From the NCBI GenBank assembly GCA_964252035.1, contig OZ176212.1: DNA of 64,000 nt; one strand, written 5' to 3'. The position numbers were made by a program, and so were the translations under genes. The notes beneath the pieces were generated by a model. The model was not told the DNA's origin. It saw nothing but the letters and a program-made list of their open reading frames with translations, and ran no database searches. The DNA is from Podarcis erhardii (taxonomy: Eukaryota). Below are positions 12,469 through 27,224 of this stretch, piece after piece; positions within the stretch are counted from its first letter, which is position 1, and each line of letters starts with the position of its first letter.

Positions 12469-13826
12469 CATTTCCAGCCTGGATAGGGGATTAATAAATT
12501 CACACCATCCATTTCTAATCCCATTTTCTTGTGCTGCAAATTCTCCATCATGCCCACGACCCAGTAGTGGGCCCTGACCCACCAACTGTAGACCAGTATC
12601 TTACAAAACTGCATTTCCATTTATCATCACTGAATTTCTGTCCTGGGACCATTTTGTGAAGGAGATTAAAAGTATGTTAATATGAGAAATTAAATGAATG
12701 AATGAATGAATGAATGAATGAATGAATATTGTGCTGGTTTTGATATTCTAAAAATGAGTTCTTTAGAAATAGCTTCTTCAGCAATTAAGAAACGAGTATA
12801 GGAAACTCTCTTGGGGAGTCCATATGTCAAGGGAAGCACACAGTGCTTGTGTTCAAGGGTCCATCTGTTGTCTTACAGTTGATGCCACAAGCCAGCTTGC
12901 TCACCTGTCTCTTTTGTTTCTCTCATGGTAAATGGAGTTTTGCTCCCAGCCCACCTTTTGATGGATGAGGAAAGTTTTAAGACCTGGTTTGGGGGAGATA
13001 TATTTCTGCTTTGGAAGTTCAGGTGAAAGGGTGCAGAGCTCAATGGTAGAGCAGAGTGCATGCTGTTCAGCAAAGGCTGCCAGGACCAATTGCTTGCATC
13101 TCTAAGAAGAGCTTGTAATGCTCCTGCCTGAACTCCTGGAGAGCCAATGCCTATCTGGATGGACAATGTTGAGCTAAATGGACAAATGGCCTGACTTGGT
13201 ATGTGGCATCTTCCAAAGTAACCTAGGTCTTAAATGGGCACTGACTCCCAAAGTCATACTACTAGTGTATTATGCTATTTCAGCTGACTCTTATTAGGCA
13301 GAAATTATTAAAGAAGTTTTAATTACCTGAACCTGTGACTTGATTAGGAAGCAGCTAAAACTTCTATCAACAGAGGAATAATTATCTCACAGTGAAAGGA
13401 ACTTTGAACCTGGCTTATACCTTATGCATTGGTATATTCTACAATGACTAAGAGTAAATCTCCAGGAATTGAGACAGGAGAAATTCCCAGCCCTATCTGG
13501 AGCCATGGAAGATTGAATCTTGAACCGTCTTTTTGCCAAGCAGATGCTCTGCCATTGAACTGTGGCCCTTTCTGATCCTGATTTAGCATATCAGTGATGT
13601 GGACAATAGGGAAATAGGAAACTGCATTATGCTGAATCAGCCCACTGGACTATCTAGATCAGCACTGTTGATACTGAGTGTCAGTAACTCTCTAGGTTTT
13701 CAGGATGGAGTTCAGGAAATTAAGAACTATCCCTCTTTCAGTTGGAACACCTCTTTCAACACCCATTTCAATGCTGTAGGCAAGATCAGCAAATAGTAGA
13801 CCACATTCACGCTACGTATATGAATC

Positions 13827-14072
13827 CAAGAAGAAGAAGAAGAGTTTGGATTTGATATCCCACCTTTCACTCTCTTTAAGGAGTCTCAAAGTGGCTAACA
13901 TTTTCCTTTCCCTTCCTCCCCCACAACCTCTGTGAGGTGAGTGGGGCTGAGAGACTTCAAAGAAGTGTGACTGGCCCAAGTTCACCCAGCAGCTGCATGT
14001 GGAGGAGCGGAGACACGAACCCGATTCCCCAGATTATGAGACTACCGCTCTTAACCACTACACCACACTGGC
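13827..14072 (-). mobile_element. tRNA-derived SINE with (CTT)n tail
   Basis: Reverse strand begins gccagtgtggtgtagtggttaagag (A-box-like), has a B-box-like gggttcgtgtctcc, and ends in a (ctt)n tail. Confidence 0.7.
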
Positions 14073-15009
14073 TCCACACTGGCTCTCACTAAGAGTGACT
14101 GTCACTATCCCCTAGCAAGAAACAGCAAAAACAGATTTCAGCAGATCAAAATGTTCATTGCCACTAAACATTTAAAGCACTGTTATGCCACTTTAAACTT
14201 CCATGGTTTCCCCCAAAGAATCTTGGGAACTGTAGTATTTAAGGAGTACTGAGAACTGTTAAGAGACCCCTATTTCCCACTCAGAACTACATTTCCTAGA
14301 TTACCTGTGAAAGAGGGATTGTAGCTTTGCGAAGGGAATAGGGGGTCTTGAAACAGCACCCTTCACAAACTGCAGTTACCAGGATTCTTTGAGGGAATCC
14401 ATGGCTGTGTAAAGTGATATATTACTCCTTTAAATGTATGGTGCAGATGGAGCCAGAAAGTGGGATGGGGGGGATAAGAAAGTCCCAACTATTCAAAGTT
14501 CAAAGACCCTTCTATCTGTATTCATCTCCAACTCATCTCCCATGTGGCCTCCGATTAGGGTGACAATAGACACACCTGATACCAATTGCCTTTCAGCACT
14601 AGAGCTCAGAGGAGGTAATTATATCTCTCTACAATTATCCACATCATAATAATTAGTTCAGTGCAACTTTGGTTTTCCAGAAGACACTAGAAACAACATT
14701 AATAAGTAATTCAGAAAGTGTCTATAAAACCTTCCTTTTGTGACATTTAGAGCTGGGATGAAGGCAAGAGCCCAGTAGGGCTCTGTCAGATTGAACTGAG
14801 ACAGCTTCCCACACTCAGCACCTTTAATTATATGCTTCTGGCTTCAAATCTATGTGTGCTTCCTGTCATTCAAACCTTGCTTTTCCATGTTTCTTTTTGC
14901 ATTGTATATTGGAAGTGTGTGTTGGTATCAATTGTCAGCTTATTTTAAGACTGATACTGGTGCCAGTGGTGATACCATAGGTGGACACAGGAGGATCGGC
15001 TCAAAAGAA

Positions 15010-15497
15010 ATGTTTTTCTCAAAAATGATCACACTTCTTCTTCTGGTGCTGCTGCTTCTCCCTCTGAAGGAGTGCAAAATAGATGCCATGAAGTGTCCTG
15101 GAATGGACTCCTTCCCTGTTCCCCATGAGTGGCATCGTCTTGGAACCCTCCTCATTGGTGGGATTGCCTCTCAGATACTTTATATTTCTCCCAAACTTTC
15201 CTTCCAGGTATATCCTTCTCAGGAGCTGGGCTTTGAGTTTCCGATGTAAGGACCCCCTCTTTACATCTCATATCATTCAAGCCGGGAAATGTAGGGTTTG
15301 TAAAATACATCAACATCTACCTCAGCATATTTCTTTATTGCACAGTCATTAACACTTTCCAATTTTTACATTTGCAGTTTGTCTAACTATTTATCTGCCT
15401 ATCTACATATATGCTTAGAGTTCTTTGTCTAGTGTCTCTAGAGGGGAAAGTGGTTGTGGTGAACCATATTGAGTGGCATCAGGAAAAAAATGGGGAG

Positions 15498-15541
<44 letters not shown>

Positions 15542-18500
15542 GCTTCCTGGAAACTATGAAGAGAAAGTCAGCACAGTGGATAAAACTGATTTATAACTGT
15601 TCCACATTGGGGCCTGGGAAAACTAAGAATAACCCATTCACCCAGTGGCAACTCCATATGATTTTCTTTTTAAGAAAAACACTCCCTCCCTGATGAAAAA
15701 TGCTACAATTGTTTTCCAAATTCAACTACATTTAAGAGGTCGATTTTCAACCTATCAGAGAAGAACTGGTCATTAATTCATCATAAAGCATTCACTTTAC
15801 ATCAATAAGTTCTTAGCTTCAGTTCCTGGGAACTGCTAGCATGGTTGACAGAAAAACATTGGATAGCTACTTTTGGATAGCTACACAAATACATCATATA
15901 TTATGCCATCTATCCGTGGCTATACCTGCACTACATACTTAAAGTTTGTTCATACCACTTTGAACAGTCTTGGGTTCTTCCAAACCATCCTGGGAACTGT
16001 AGCTGCTTAGTGACACAATTCAAGTGAGTTTTAATAAACAATCCCTCTTTCCAGGGAACTGTGGGAATTGTATCTCTGTGACAGGATTAGGGTCTCCCAA
16101 CAATTCTTGGCACCCTTAACAAATTCCAGTTCCCTTATGTCTCTGTGGGAAACCATTAAAGGTAAAATGTGGGTGTAGTCTGTCTGTCTATCTGTCTGTC
16201 ATTACATGGCATATATATTTCCAGATAGTGCCTCTTTTCAGTTGCCATTCACTTTTTCCCCACTGCCATTTCTCTTTGCTTTATCCTCCCTTCTGTTTCC
16301 AGTAACTTTTGAAGCTCCTGACTATAGTTCTTTTTGCAGCCATAATGATGGGTTTTGACAACAGTGGAGAAGCATTATTATACTATATTTACATAGGAGT
16401 ATTTCAAAATGTTGGTTGGGTTGTGCAAACCAGCATGGTCCTTGAGCACCAACAAAACCATTGTGCACAGTGCAGAACTCCTTTTTGAAAGGACATATAA
16501 CTCTATTTGCAGCATGGTGACCAAGTTCTACCAGCACATCCTGGCTTTGGCATTTGCCATCAATGAAATCAATGAGAACCCTAAGATTTTGCCCAATGTC
16601 ACACTTGGGTTCCACATCTACGACAGCTACTATCAGGAGAAGATATTCCACCGCACTATTCTAGACTTGCTCTTCAAATCAGACCGGTTTGTCCCCAACT
16701 ATGCATGTGGCACCCAGAAGAACTTAGTAGCCATTATTGGGGCACTTGGCTCTGATATCTCCTTCCACATGGCAGATATCTTAGTCCTCTACAAGATCCC
16801 ACAGGTAACGAGGGGCTGGAGTTTGCACTAATATTATAATTGATGCATGTTTTCTAATACTGAGGGTGATTATGTGGTTATGATGGGAGAGGAAAACGAA
16901 CTAGAAAGTATTTTCTGTATAATATCTGAAGTTCCAAATCAGAATGAGAATGACTTCTGAAAGTTTGGTGAACATTTCAAAGGGCAGAGTTAGGTGATTC
17001 TAGCAGATTCTTTTTAAACAAATCATGTCCATTGTTCAGACATTACATGGGGTGTTAGGAGAGGGGTAGTGCCTCTGATGAGGGACATGTCATGCTTCTC
17101 TTGGGGTAGTTAGAGTCCCCACCCTTTGGTCTCCACCCTGCACTCAGCTCTCACCTGTGGCTCCTAGAAGGTGTCAGTATGCAACAGCGGCCACAACCAA
17201 GAATGCCTTCAACTGACTGGCTAAGTCAGGTGAGGGTAGCTGATAGGTCTCAAACCACCAGTGACTGGAGGACTTCAACCTGCAAGGGAAGACAGGCTCT
17301 GGCAGATTGAGAGGACGAGAGCAATAATGGATCCAACAGCCAAGAAGGCAGTTTCTGCACATGCTGTAGGAGGAAGTGAGGAGCAGATGGGGCTTGTCAA
17401 CCTGGGAAGGTAGCCCATCTAGGACAAGGAAAACTCTGGTCCTAAAACTCCACTGCCTTGTTTGATATCTTTCTGAGAAGAAAAGGCTACACAAATCAAG
17501 AGTGGAGTCGCTAAGACAGTTGGATGGTGTTTTGCATGCCTTCTGCAGTCAAGCTGGTGCCAAACATATTGATCTGCTTTCTTTTGGACCACATTGGTGA
17601 GGTCTTGTCATCTGGGCAGCCCAGGACCCACGAACACACTGCCCAGGCTTGTGCCCCAGGAAGGTCATTTCGCTGCTGCTAATGCGGTGTTTCAACATCT
17701 CCTCAGGAGAAGAGGCACCAACTCCAGGGCCCCTGGGGGTCTCAACTCCCACAAAATATTTTCTGTGGCTGCGCAGCCTCTGCCCCCCTTTGGGAGTCAG
17801 TACTCCCAAAGTGCTGACTCCCCCCTCCTGCTAGCTGTACCCACAGCCAAACAGAAGGAGGTTGCAGTCGGGCAAAATTCTGAGGCACTAAATCACCAAA
17901 CTTTGGTCTGACTGAGCTTTCTGCCACAGAGTTGTTGAAGTTAACACTGCAAAATTAGAAACTCTCTGTAAAAAGGAACTCAAACAAAAATGCACTCAAG
18001 TATGCCTAGTAACAAAGCTCTAAAATATTTGCATTTTTAAAAAATTGTTTAGCTTACATACGGAGCATTTGCCCCAGAAAAGGGCAATACAAAACAGGTC
18101 CGTTCCTTTTACCACATGGCACCCAGTGAAAACCAGCAGTACACAGGAATTATTCTTCTGCTTCAGCATTTTGGGTGGACCTGGGTTGGGCTCTTTGCTG
18201 TGGATGATGACAGTGGAGACCATTTCTTGCAGATCATAGAGCCCCTGTTTTCTCAGAATAAAATTTGTTCAGCTTTCATTCAAAGAATCCCAAACCAGGG
18301 GGATTTCCTTTCCTTAGATGAATTTGTTGATATGGGATGGAGTATTAACGTGCCTTTCATGGAGAGCAAAGCCAAAGCATTTGTCACTTATGGTGAAACT
18401 ATGACCTTCATGTGGTTGACCACCATTGTAGCTTTTTTAATCCCCGACTTGGGGAAAAACACATCTGCTGGAAGAGTGTGGATTATGACAGCTCAGATAG

Positions 18501-19073
18501 ATTTTTCTGTAACATTCATTTTAAGGAGATGGAACTTTCAAATATTTGATGGCACAATATCATTTGCAATTCACTCGAATGAGCCTCATGGGTTCCGCAC
18601 ATATATCCAGAACAAAAAAAATTATCCTCCCAAAGAAGATGGATTTTTCAAGGTTTTCTGGGAGCAGGCATTTGAATGTTCTTTTCCAAATCCCAGGTTG
18701 CCAGCAAAGTTGAGCATAACATGTACTGGAGAAGAGAGACTGGAGAGCCTTCCCAGGTCTGTGTTTGAAATGAGCATGACTGGCCACAGTTACAATGTCT
18801 ATAATGCTGTCTATGCCATAGCTTATGCGCTGCATGCCATGGAATCCTCTTGGATCAAATACAGAGCAGTGATGGGGTTTGCAAGGCTTGACCTTCGCAG
18901 TGTTCAACCTTGGCAGGTAATATTTCCTCAGTGAAATGGCTTCATTATAATGAAGTAATCAGCATGAAATGAAAGAGCATGTCTCATCAATGTAGTGATT
19001 CATTTCTTGTTGTCATTCTTATTGGCTTGTGCCCAAAGGACCTTATAACAATGTTCTTCACTCTTGGGTCCTC

Positions 19074-19114
<41 letters not shown>

Positions 19115-22100
19115 CATGCACATATGAAAAATTTGAATAGCAAAAATTTGAACACCAAAAAAGGACACTCCACTATTTTTCCCTGTTTTGTTCCCACCAG
19201 CTCCACCAATTTCTTCAAGGCATTTCATTTAACAACTCAGCTGGAGAAAATGTGTCTTTAAATGATTGTGGGGAATTAATAGCCAGCTTTGATATCATGA
19301 GCATGGACCTATTCCCAAACAATTCCTTCCTTAAAATGAAAGTTGGAATGGTGAATCTGAATGCTGGTGAAGGGAAACAGTTCATCATTAATGATAAATT
19401 CATTGTGTGGCACAGGAGCTTTAATCAGGTGTGGATTCTTCAATACTCTGGGCAAGAACTCCAGTATCAGTCTAGACGATTCAGGATAGGTGACTGGGGT
19501 GGAGGTGGGGCTAAAAGTTTCCTTTACTATCTAACTTTACCATGTACTGATCCCATGATAGAGTTACTGGCACCTATTGCATTCTAGAACTAAAGGGAGG
19601 TGGTATATTAATGGAGCAAATAAATGAAAGCAAGTTGATATGCTCTGTACAAGTAACAACATGCTAAATGGGAATATTTACCAGGCCCTTTTCAACTTGG
19701 GTAGGGCTGAGCAGGAGAAAGATAAACCCTGAGTGAGGTGGGGGGGGTGCTCGCCGGGGGGGGGATTCATAGTGGTAACTGAAATGAATTTTTGGTACTG
19801 TAGTTTTATTGTTTGTTTTTATTTTTGTTGCTGGCTTTTCACTTTCATTTTTAACCACCCTGAAGGCACTGTTGATTGGGTATGATATAAAGATGTCATT
19901 ATAGTAACAGGAATAGAATGAATCCTGAAATCACAAATAACATTTATCAAAAGCCACAGAAAAAAGATGTTCCTTCAGCCTGCAATGAAACCTCTATAAT
20001 GAATGTTCCAGGGGAGGAAGTTCCACAATTGAGTGGCTTCCACGGAGAATGCTGTTTCCCAAGCCAACATTCCCCCCCCCCCCCACTTCTGAGTACAGTG
20101 GTACCTCGGGTTACATACGCTTCAGGTTACAGACTCCGCTAACCAAGAAATATTACCTCGGGTTAAGAACTTTGGTTCAGGATGAGAACAGAAATCATGC
20201 TCCGGCGGAGCGGCAGCAGCAGGAGGCCCCATTAGCTAAAGTAGTGCTTCAGGTTAAGAACAGTTTCAGGTTAAGAACGGAGCTCCAGAACGAATTAAGT
20301 ACTTTACCCGAGGTACCACTGTACAGTGACAATGCCCAAGAGGCCCCTGCTTCTGATCTTAATACCCGAGAGTTCTGTAAAGAAGCAGATAGTGTTGCCT
20401 ATGATGTTTGGAGCTTTTGACACACCTTAAATGCAGCCCAGAGATGAACTGGCAATCCATGCAGCTGTTTTAGAAATAGGGATTCTACTGGCTGTTGCAT
20501 TTTGGATCAGGTGGCATATCATTTCAGGAGTTCAGCCTACACTCGAGTAGGACCCTGGCAGAGACACATGCCCGACTGGCATGTTCCCTCTCTCCTGGTC
20601 GATCGTTCGGGAGCTTCAGAAGCTTTCTTCAGCCCAAACATCACAGCGCCTGATGCCACCCGACACTGGTACACTTAGGGATTCACAGAGTCTGCGCAGT
20701 TGCATAACAGGCCTCAGCAACTCAGCATTTTGGCTAATCTACTTTATTTATAATACACACAGAAATCTTCAAGGGCAGCCCCATAAAGATTGCATTGCAG
20801 CTATCCAATATGGAAGTAACATAGTCAATTAATTTCGCTGTAAAATGGGGCAGTAGTTGGCCAACCAGCCATAACTGAAAATAAGCACTCACTGCTAGCC
20901 ACCATGGCCACCTAGACCTCAAATGACAAAGTTGGATCCAGGAGTACCATCAAGTAAATAACCTGCTCCTTCTAGGGGAGTGCAACTCCATTCAAGACTG
21001 GCCATCTTCCCTTCTCCATAACCAGAGAACTTGGAACACATAACACCTCCACCTCTCTCTCTCTCTGAATTCAGTTATATGAATGGCCAAAATGAATAAA
21101 AATGCCACATTAATTTTGGGGGAGGGAGTTATATGGCTGCATCCATGCTATTTTGTAGGAGAAGACCTGAGTGGGGGGAATCCTGTAGCACTGTGGAGCA
21201 AAATGGCTCTGGATCAGTAAATGATTATTCTAGCATCACTGCTGCTTTTTTCCTGAGATAGCAAAATCCAACATCCCAAAATATGAAAAACATTTAACGC
21301 CTCACCCAATAAATTCCCTCTCTACCTTTGCTGCTTGATAGTGAATCTGTGAAGGTCACACCCTCCAACATGCCCAGAAGGAAAACCAGGATGTGCGTCT
21401 TTTGGGCCACGCTCCTTGGTGAGCCAGGTAAGATGTACAAGAGCATGGTGCCCAAAAATGCACATCTTTCAAGGCCATGGTCTCGTGGGAGCCAAAACAG
21501 GACATCCCAGGAGCCAATCAGAAGCTAGGATAGCTTCTGTAATTTTCAAGATGTCCCATTTTAAATGGGATAGTTGAGGGGTATGTAAAGTGAGATTCCC
21601 AGCTTCCTTCTAGTATACTATTTTCTTGTTTCTTTGCCTGCCAGCAAATCAATGGTTGAATGTGTTTGTGGTTGAATATGTTTATGTGTATAAATGGAAA
21701 CTTTAATAAATATCATTTTTTTAAAAAATGAAGATTCTCCCCTGCCCCTGGTGCCCTACACACAATTTTTCCAACTCCAATCTCTCTTCATTGCTCTGAA
21801 TAGGTGATGCCTATTTCTGTATGCAGTGATTCCTGCCCTCCTGGTTATCAGAAGAAAAAGAAAGAAGGGGAGAAGTTTTGCTGCTATGATTGTGCTCCCT
21901 GCCCAGAAGGGAAAATATCGGACCAAAAAGGTAGGTGATGCACTTCACCAATTATTCTAGCCAACAATTTGCCATTTGTGTGTGTGTTTTGAGCACTTTT
22001 GCAAATACTCAGGAAGAAAAGGTAACATAAAGATTGGCTACACTGGCCATTTTCCAAATTGCAGGATCTGATTCTGCCTATTCAAGCCAATGGAGGCTTT

Positions 22101-23345
22101 GTATTTCGGTTAAGCTGAGCTGGAACCTCCAGCCCCCCAAATTACAGAAATCATTTTTCCACTGAAGTCTGTTGGGTTAAGAGCATGTTCAACAGTGGGT
22201 TCACTTTTGCCCTGTTCTTATCATTTTTTGACAGTGTCAGGCAGAAATGTCAATAGGATGTTCTGGGCCCAGTGCACTGATGCTGGATTGGTCTCTTGGC
22301 CAACTCCCTGCAGCAAAAGTAGGATACAAATATAATAATAAGATGACAGAATGACCAACAAATCCCACATTGAACAGAGTTCTAAGAATGAGACTCAATT
22401 TACATAGAAATTGGCACAATGACGGATCCTTTCTTTTTTTCAGACATGGATGAATGCTTTAAATGCCCAGATGATCAATATCCAAGCCAGAGTAGAGACA
22501 GATGCATCTCCAAAGTTATGACATATCTATCTTATGAAGAATATTTGGGGATCAGTTTTAGTTTGGTTTCTGTTTCTCTTTCATTCACCACAGCTTTTGT
22601 GCTACGAATTTTCATCAAGAACAGAGATACCCCTATAGTCAAAGCCAACAATCGGGACATCAGCTACATTCTCCTTGTCTCCCTCCTCCTCTGCTTCCTC
22701 TGTTCTTTGCTGTTTCTTGGAAGACCTACGAAGGTGACCTGCATTCTCCGTCAAACTACTTTTGGCATTGTCTTCTCTGTAGCTGTTTCTTGTTTGCTGG
22801 CCAAAACCGTGACGGTAGTTGTTGCCTTCATGGCCACAAAGCCAGGGTCAAGCATGAGGAAATTGGTGGGCAAAAAACTGACCAACTCCATTGTCTTTTC
22901 CTGTTCTCTTATTCAAGTAGGAATCTGTGTAGTGTGGCTGGCAACCTCTCCTCCATTCCCAGATGTGGACCTGCAATCCCAGGCTACAGAGATCATAGTT
23001 GAATGCAACGAAGGTTCTGTCCTCATGTTTTATCTTGTCCTGGGCTACATGGGCCTTCTAGCCATCATCAGCTTCAATGTAGCTTTCCTGGCCAGGAAGT
23101 TGCCGGACACTTTCAACGAGGCCAAATTTATCACTTTCAGCATGTTGCTCTTTTGCAGTGTTTGGCTGTCCTTTGTCCCTACCTACCTGAGCACCAAGGG
23201 GAAATATATGGTAGCAGTAGAGATCTTCTCTATCTTAGCCTCTAGTGCTGGGCTCTTGGGTTGTATCTTTGGACCTAAATGTTACATTATTCTGCTGAAG
23301 CCTAAGCTGAACATTAAGGAACAACAGATAAAGAAAAATTATTAA
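15010..23345 (+). CDS. Vmn2r: Vomeronasal type-2 receptor gene 2, six exons, about 882 aa, apparently intact
   Basis: Exons 15010-15245, 16513-16804, 18053-18916, 19201-19428, 21804-21930, 22444-23345; GT-AG with compatible phases; total 2649 nt, open throughout. Same VFT, Cys-rich and 7TM motifs as gene 1. Start could also be the ATG at 15025. Confidence 0.93.
20096..20321. mobile_element. Tigger/pogo-type MITE
   Basis: TIR cagtggtacctcgggt / acccgaggtaccactg with TA flanks; same family as 32462-32719 and 54235-54460. Confidence 0.85.
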
Positions 23346-24027
23346 ATTATGTCATAATATGATTTAATTATCATTATATTTCATTATATTATAATTACCA
23401 TTATCATTATATTTTATTATATTATAATGCTAATTTGATATTAATTTTGCATTTCTTGTTAGGTGTTTGTGGCAATGGAAGCTGTGGACCTCCCATATCA
23501 CTTAGTTCAGGATATAATACCAGCTGATTCATTTCATTTTTGTCACATATCTGAACAAATTCAAGAAATAAAAGTATTATTTAATAATGAAGGCTAAGAC
23601 TGTTCATTTTCAACTTTTGCAACCAAACTGAAAAACAAAAGAAGCAGGGAGAGAAATTTATCAGGCTACATTTTAAAATACAACAATAAGTGCAGTTTCA
23701 AAATTTACAATTAAAAAGTGCACATATTAGCCACATTGTTTTGGGTGGGATGCCTGAGAGAAGGGGACAAATGGGGGAGGTGGGGGAAGCACACTGTCAC
23801 TGAACAGATGTTTAGCATTGGAACAGAAAGATCTTGGAATAGTTCACTGCAGGCTGGAGCTTGGCCAAAGAATGGCAGCTGTGGATCATTGATATTTCCC
23901 TTCCTTTATGCATCTGTTCTGTACCATGCCTTTCTGGTTTGTGGCTCTTTGATGCCATCTCTTGTTAGGATTTGCCACCAAATGGAAGGGTTTTTGTCTG
24001 AGGTCTACTGGGATCTCTCTCACTGCG

Positions 24028-24481
24028 AATCTTGTACAGTAATAGAAAGCTGTGTCTTCTGATTTCAGGTGGTTCATTTGCAGATAGAAGATGTAGGGGT
24101 CCTTAGAGGCTGTGAATCGCCCTCAGAGTGTAGGGGAATAATAATCAGTGTGACCATAGCGTACATAATGCACAAGCCATTCCAATCTTTCTCCAGGTTT
24201 TTGTTGGACCCAGCCCATCCAGTACTTGTCAGTATCAAATCCAGTGACTGCACAGGTCAACTTATGGGATTCTCCAGGTTTCTTCAATGCTAAAGATTCT
24301 GAATGGGTCAGAATTCTCTGTGTGAGGCCACCTGGAATGAAGGAAAAAGGAAGAAGAAATAGCTGTCATACAAAAGCTCATTATAAAACCCAGACTGAGT
24401 GAAGGAAGGAATAAAATGAAAGCCCAACACACATGAGGAAGAGGCAGTGAGTGCAATAAGCATGGACAAGAAAAACCGCAT
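24028..24481 (-). pseudogene. IGHV: IGHV-type V segment V1 (pseudogene)
   Basis: Leader 24433-24481 (MRFFLSMLIALTASSS) and V exon 24028-24331 with an in-frame TGA before GRFTAS. Heptamer mutated to CGCAGTG (24021-24027), 23-bp spacer, nonamer ACAAAAACC (23989-23997). Confidence 0.88.
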
Positions 24482-24830
24482 ACTGGAACGATGGACTGGA
24501 TTTCAAAAGGACCCTGTGTGCCTTGTCAGGAAGTCTATGAGAGGCTTAAGTAGGAACTCATCATTCTCATGGCTTTGCATAAATCGGTGAGCATTGGAAG
24601 AGGGTGTCTTAATAAGATCCAAATTTCCCATATACTTTTCTAATGCATGCCTAAAACAATTGTGACATAGATATGATTACATGCACCTCAACAAATGTAA
24701 GAAACCCATACGATTACTTGAATGACAATAATATATTTATCACTCTGTGTTACCCTGCACTCCTAAGGGGATATGTGAGGAAGAAAAACAGTTCATCTGT
24801 TTTATCCAGGTCTTGCTGACTGTATTCATC

Positions 24831-24880
<50 letters not shown>

Positions 24881-25359
24881 CACCCTTCACCAAGAGATCA
24901 CAGACCGGCTTACAGAGTAAAACACAAGCATGTGATATGATAATATCTCACTGGAAATAATATGAGGGAAATAAATGGCTTTGATTTATACAAGGTGCAT
25001 AGAACATGGCACAGAAGCTGGGAACTCTGAAAGTGTTGAATCCATTTGTTCCATTCCCCACAGTGGATGACAGAGTAATCTGATTTGGCATATTCTTCTC
25101 TAAGGATGGATATTTCTCACACCCAGAAACATTCTTAAGACCCCACATTGAAGAAATTTGCAAAAATTAAGTTTCAAACCCTAAAATGGCACACCTTACC
25201 CCAACATCCAATTTCAACAAAGGTTTTAGAGAATAAGAACATAGAGAATAATTAGCTTGCCAACATGGCCAAATGGGACTGGGAATACTTTCCATTCACT
25301 TCACTTCAAATTTGAAGTGTGCTAAAACCTCCCATTCTCCACTCTCAGTCAGCCATTTA

Positions 25360-25800
25360 TTCAATGATGCCATCACCTTCAGCATGTTGATGTTTTGCTG
25401 TGTTTGGCTTTGTTTTAACCTACCTAAGTTGTTGTTGTTGTTGTTTAGTTGTTTAGTCGTGTCCAACTCTTCATGACCCCATGGACCAGAGCACGCCAGG
25501 CACTCGTGCCTTCCACTGCCTCCCGCAGTTTGGTCAAACTCATGTTGGTAGCTTCAAGAACACTGTCCAACAATCTTGTCCTCTGTCGTCCCCTTCTCCT
25601 AGTGCAATCAATCTTTCCCAGCATCAGGGTCTTTTCCAGGGAGTCTTTTCTTCTCTAAGTACCAAGGGAAAATACATGGTAGCTGTGGAGATTTTATTGA
25701 CCTCCAGTGCTGAGTTACTGGGTTGTATGTCTCCCCCCCACACAAAATGCTACATTATTGTGCTTGTCCCACATTTTGATCTCAAAGAAGCAGCTACTTA
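25360..25800 (+). pseudogene. Vmn2r: Degenerate V2R exon-6 (TM6-TM7) remnant interrupted by a BovB fragment
   Basis: FNDA-ITFSMLMFCCVWLCF... then (after the insertion) [13 protein letters not shown]...SSAELLGC...KCYIIVL; contains indels. Confidence 0.85.
25429..25655 (-). mobile_element. Short RTE/BovB 3' fragment
   Basis: (CAA)n tail, near-identical to 6986-7200; (c)taag duplicated at 25424-25428 and 25655-25659. Confidence 0.85.
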
Positions 25801-26396
25801 GGAAAGGGAACAAAGGAGCATTAGTGTATCCACCATGGTCGGCAAAGGGTCAAAGCATGAGGAGGAAGGGATGAAAAGAAGTAGAGAGAGCAGGGAATAA
25901 AAGTGTGAGGAAGAGTAGAGGGGAGGGAACTGTGGAAAGTTGGGGAAAGAGGAATTGCTTGGATCTGAGGGGTGAGGAACAGAAGACTGTAAAATAGAAG
26001 AATGCAAGAGAGAAGAGAACTGTTCATTTATATGAGGGAGAGGGAAAGAAGAGAAAGAATGGTGCCTTTATCAACCTCTGATTACTGCAGGTGGCGAGGA
26101 AGGATTTTATGTACAATTGGGAGTGTAGAAATGAGAGGACAGGGTACTAGTTGTGGAAATATGGTGGGCACAGAGGAATTGACTGCCTTGAATATTTCAG
26201 AACTGCTGTTTTCAACTGGAACAGGAAAACTGGAGCAATTCACTGTAGGTAGAGGATATGCCAAAGAATGAAGGCTGTGTTCTGTAACTTGCTTTTCTAG
26301 TTTGTGGCCCTTTGCTGCCCCCTCTGGCAATTTGTCACCAAATCAAAGGCAGTGAAGGGTTTTTGTCTGAGGTCTACTGCGATCTCACTCACTGTG

Positions 26397-26849
26397 CTTC
26401 TCGCACAGTAATAGACAGCCGTGTCTTCTGCTTTCAGGTTGTTCATTTGCAGATAGAGGTTGGAGCTGTCCGCTGAGGCTGTGAATCGCCCTTGAATTGT
26501 AGGGGAATAATAATTGGTGCCAAGTGTATAGTACTCAGCAAGCCATTCCATTCCTTTTCCAGGTTTTTGCCGGACCCACTCCATAACACTTCTATTAACA
26601 TCAAATCCAGTGACAGCACAGGTGACTTTATGGGATTCTCCAGGTTTCTTCAATACTGGGTCTGACTGCGTCAGAACTATCTGTGTGAGGGCACCTGGAA
26701 TTGCATGTGAGAAACAGATGAGATAGAAAAAGTAACAGCCCCCATGAAAGGCACATTTAATGAAGGAAGGAATAAGATGTAGATGTAAAGTTCAACGCAC
26801 ATGAGGAAGAGGCAGCCAGTGCAATGAGCATTGGCAATAAAGATGGCAT
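26397..26849 (-). CDS. IGHV: IGHV-type V segment V2 (apparently functional)
   Basis: Leader 26801-26849 and V exon 26397-26694 are open ([22 protein letters not shown]...WVRQKPGKG...EYYTLGTNYYSP...YYCAR). RSS: CACAGTG 26390-26396, 23 bp, ACAAAAACC 26358-26366. Confidence 0.92.
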
Positions 26850-27224
26850 AGTGATGCAATGCTCTGGCTCTGAAAGGGACTTAATGTGCTGTCCCAGGAA
26901 GTCTGGGTAAGAAGTGAGGCTTTGAAGGTTTAAGTAGGACACCCAATGTCTTGTAGCTTTGCATAAATCAGTGAGCATAAGAAGGGAGAGTATTAATATG
27001 GAATCCAAACTCCACACATCCTGCCTTCTCATCAAGTGTGCACTTAAAACATCTATGCCATAGATTCTATGCATGCACATTACCAAATTATCAAACCCAA
27101 ATTGTTACCTATATTAGATGATCTATGAAATCTTTGTATATGTTTTTAATAATAAAACAGATTGGGATTTTAAAAGGAAAAAATAAAACAATATATGTTT
27201 TAGACCGATCTGAATGGACTAAGG

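Noticed and set aside
17040-17840. Possible LINE 5' UTR or other repeat in V2R2 intron 2
   Set aside because: It looks repeat-like, but I could not define termini, a TSD or a family with confidence.
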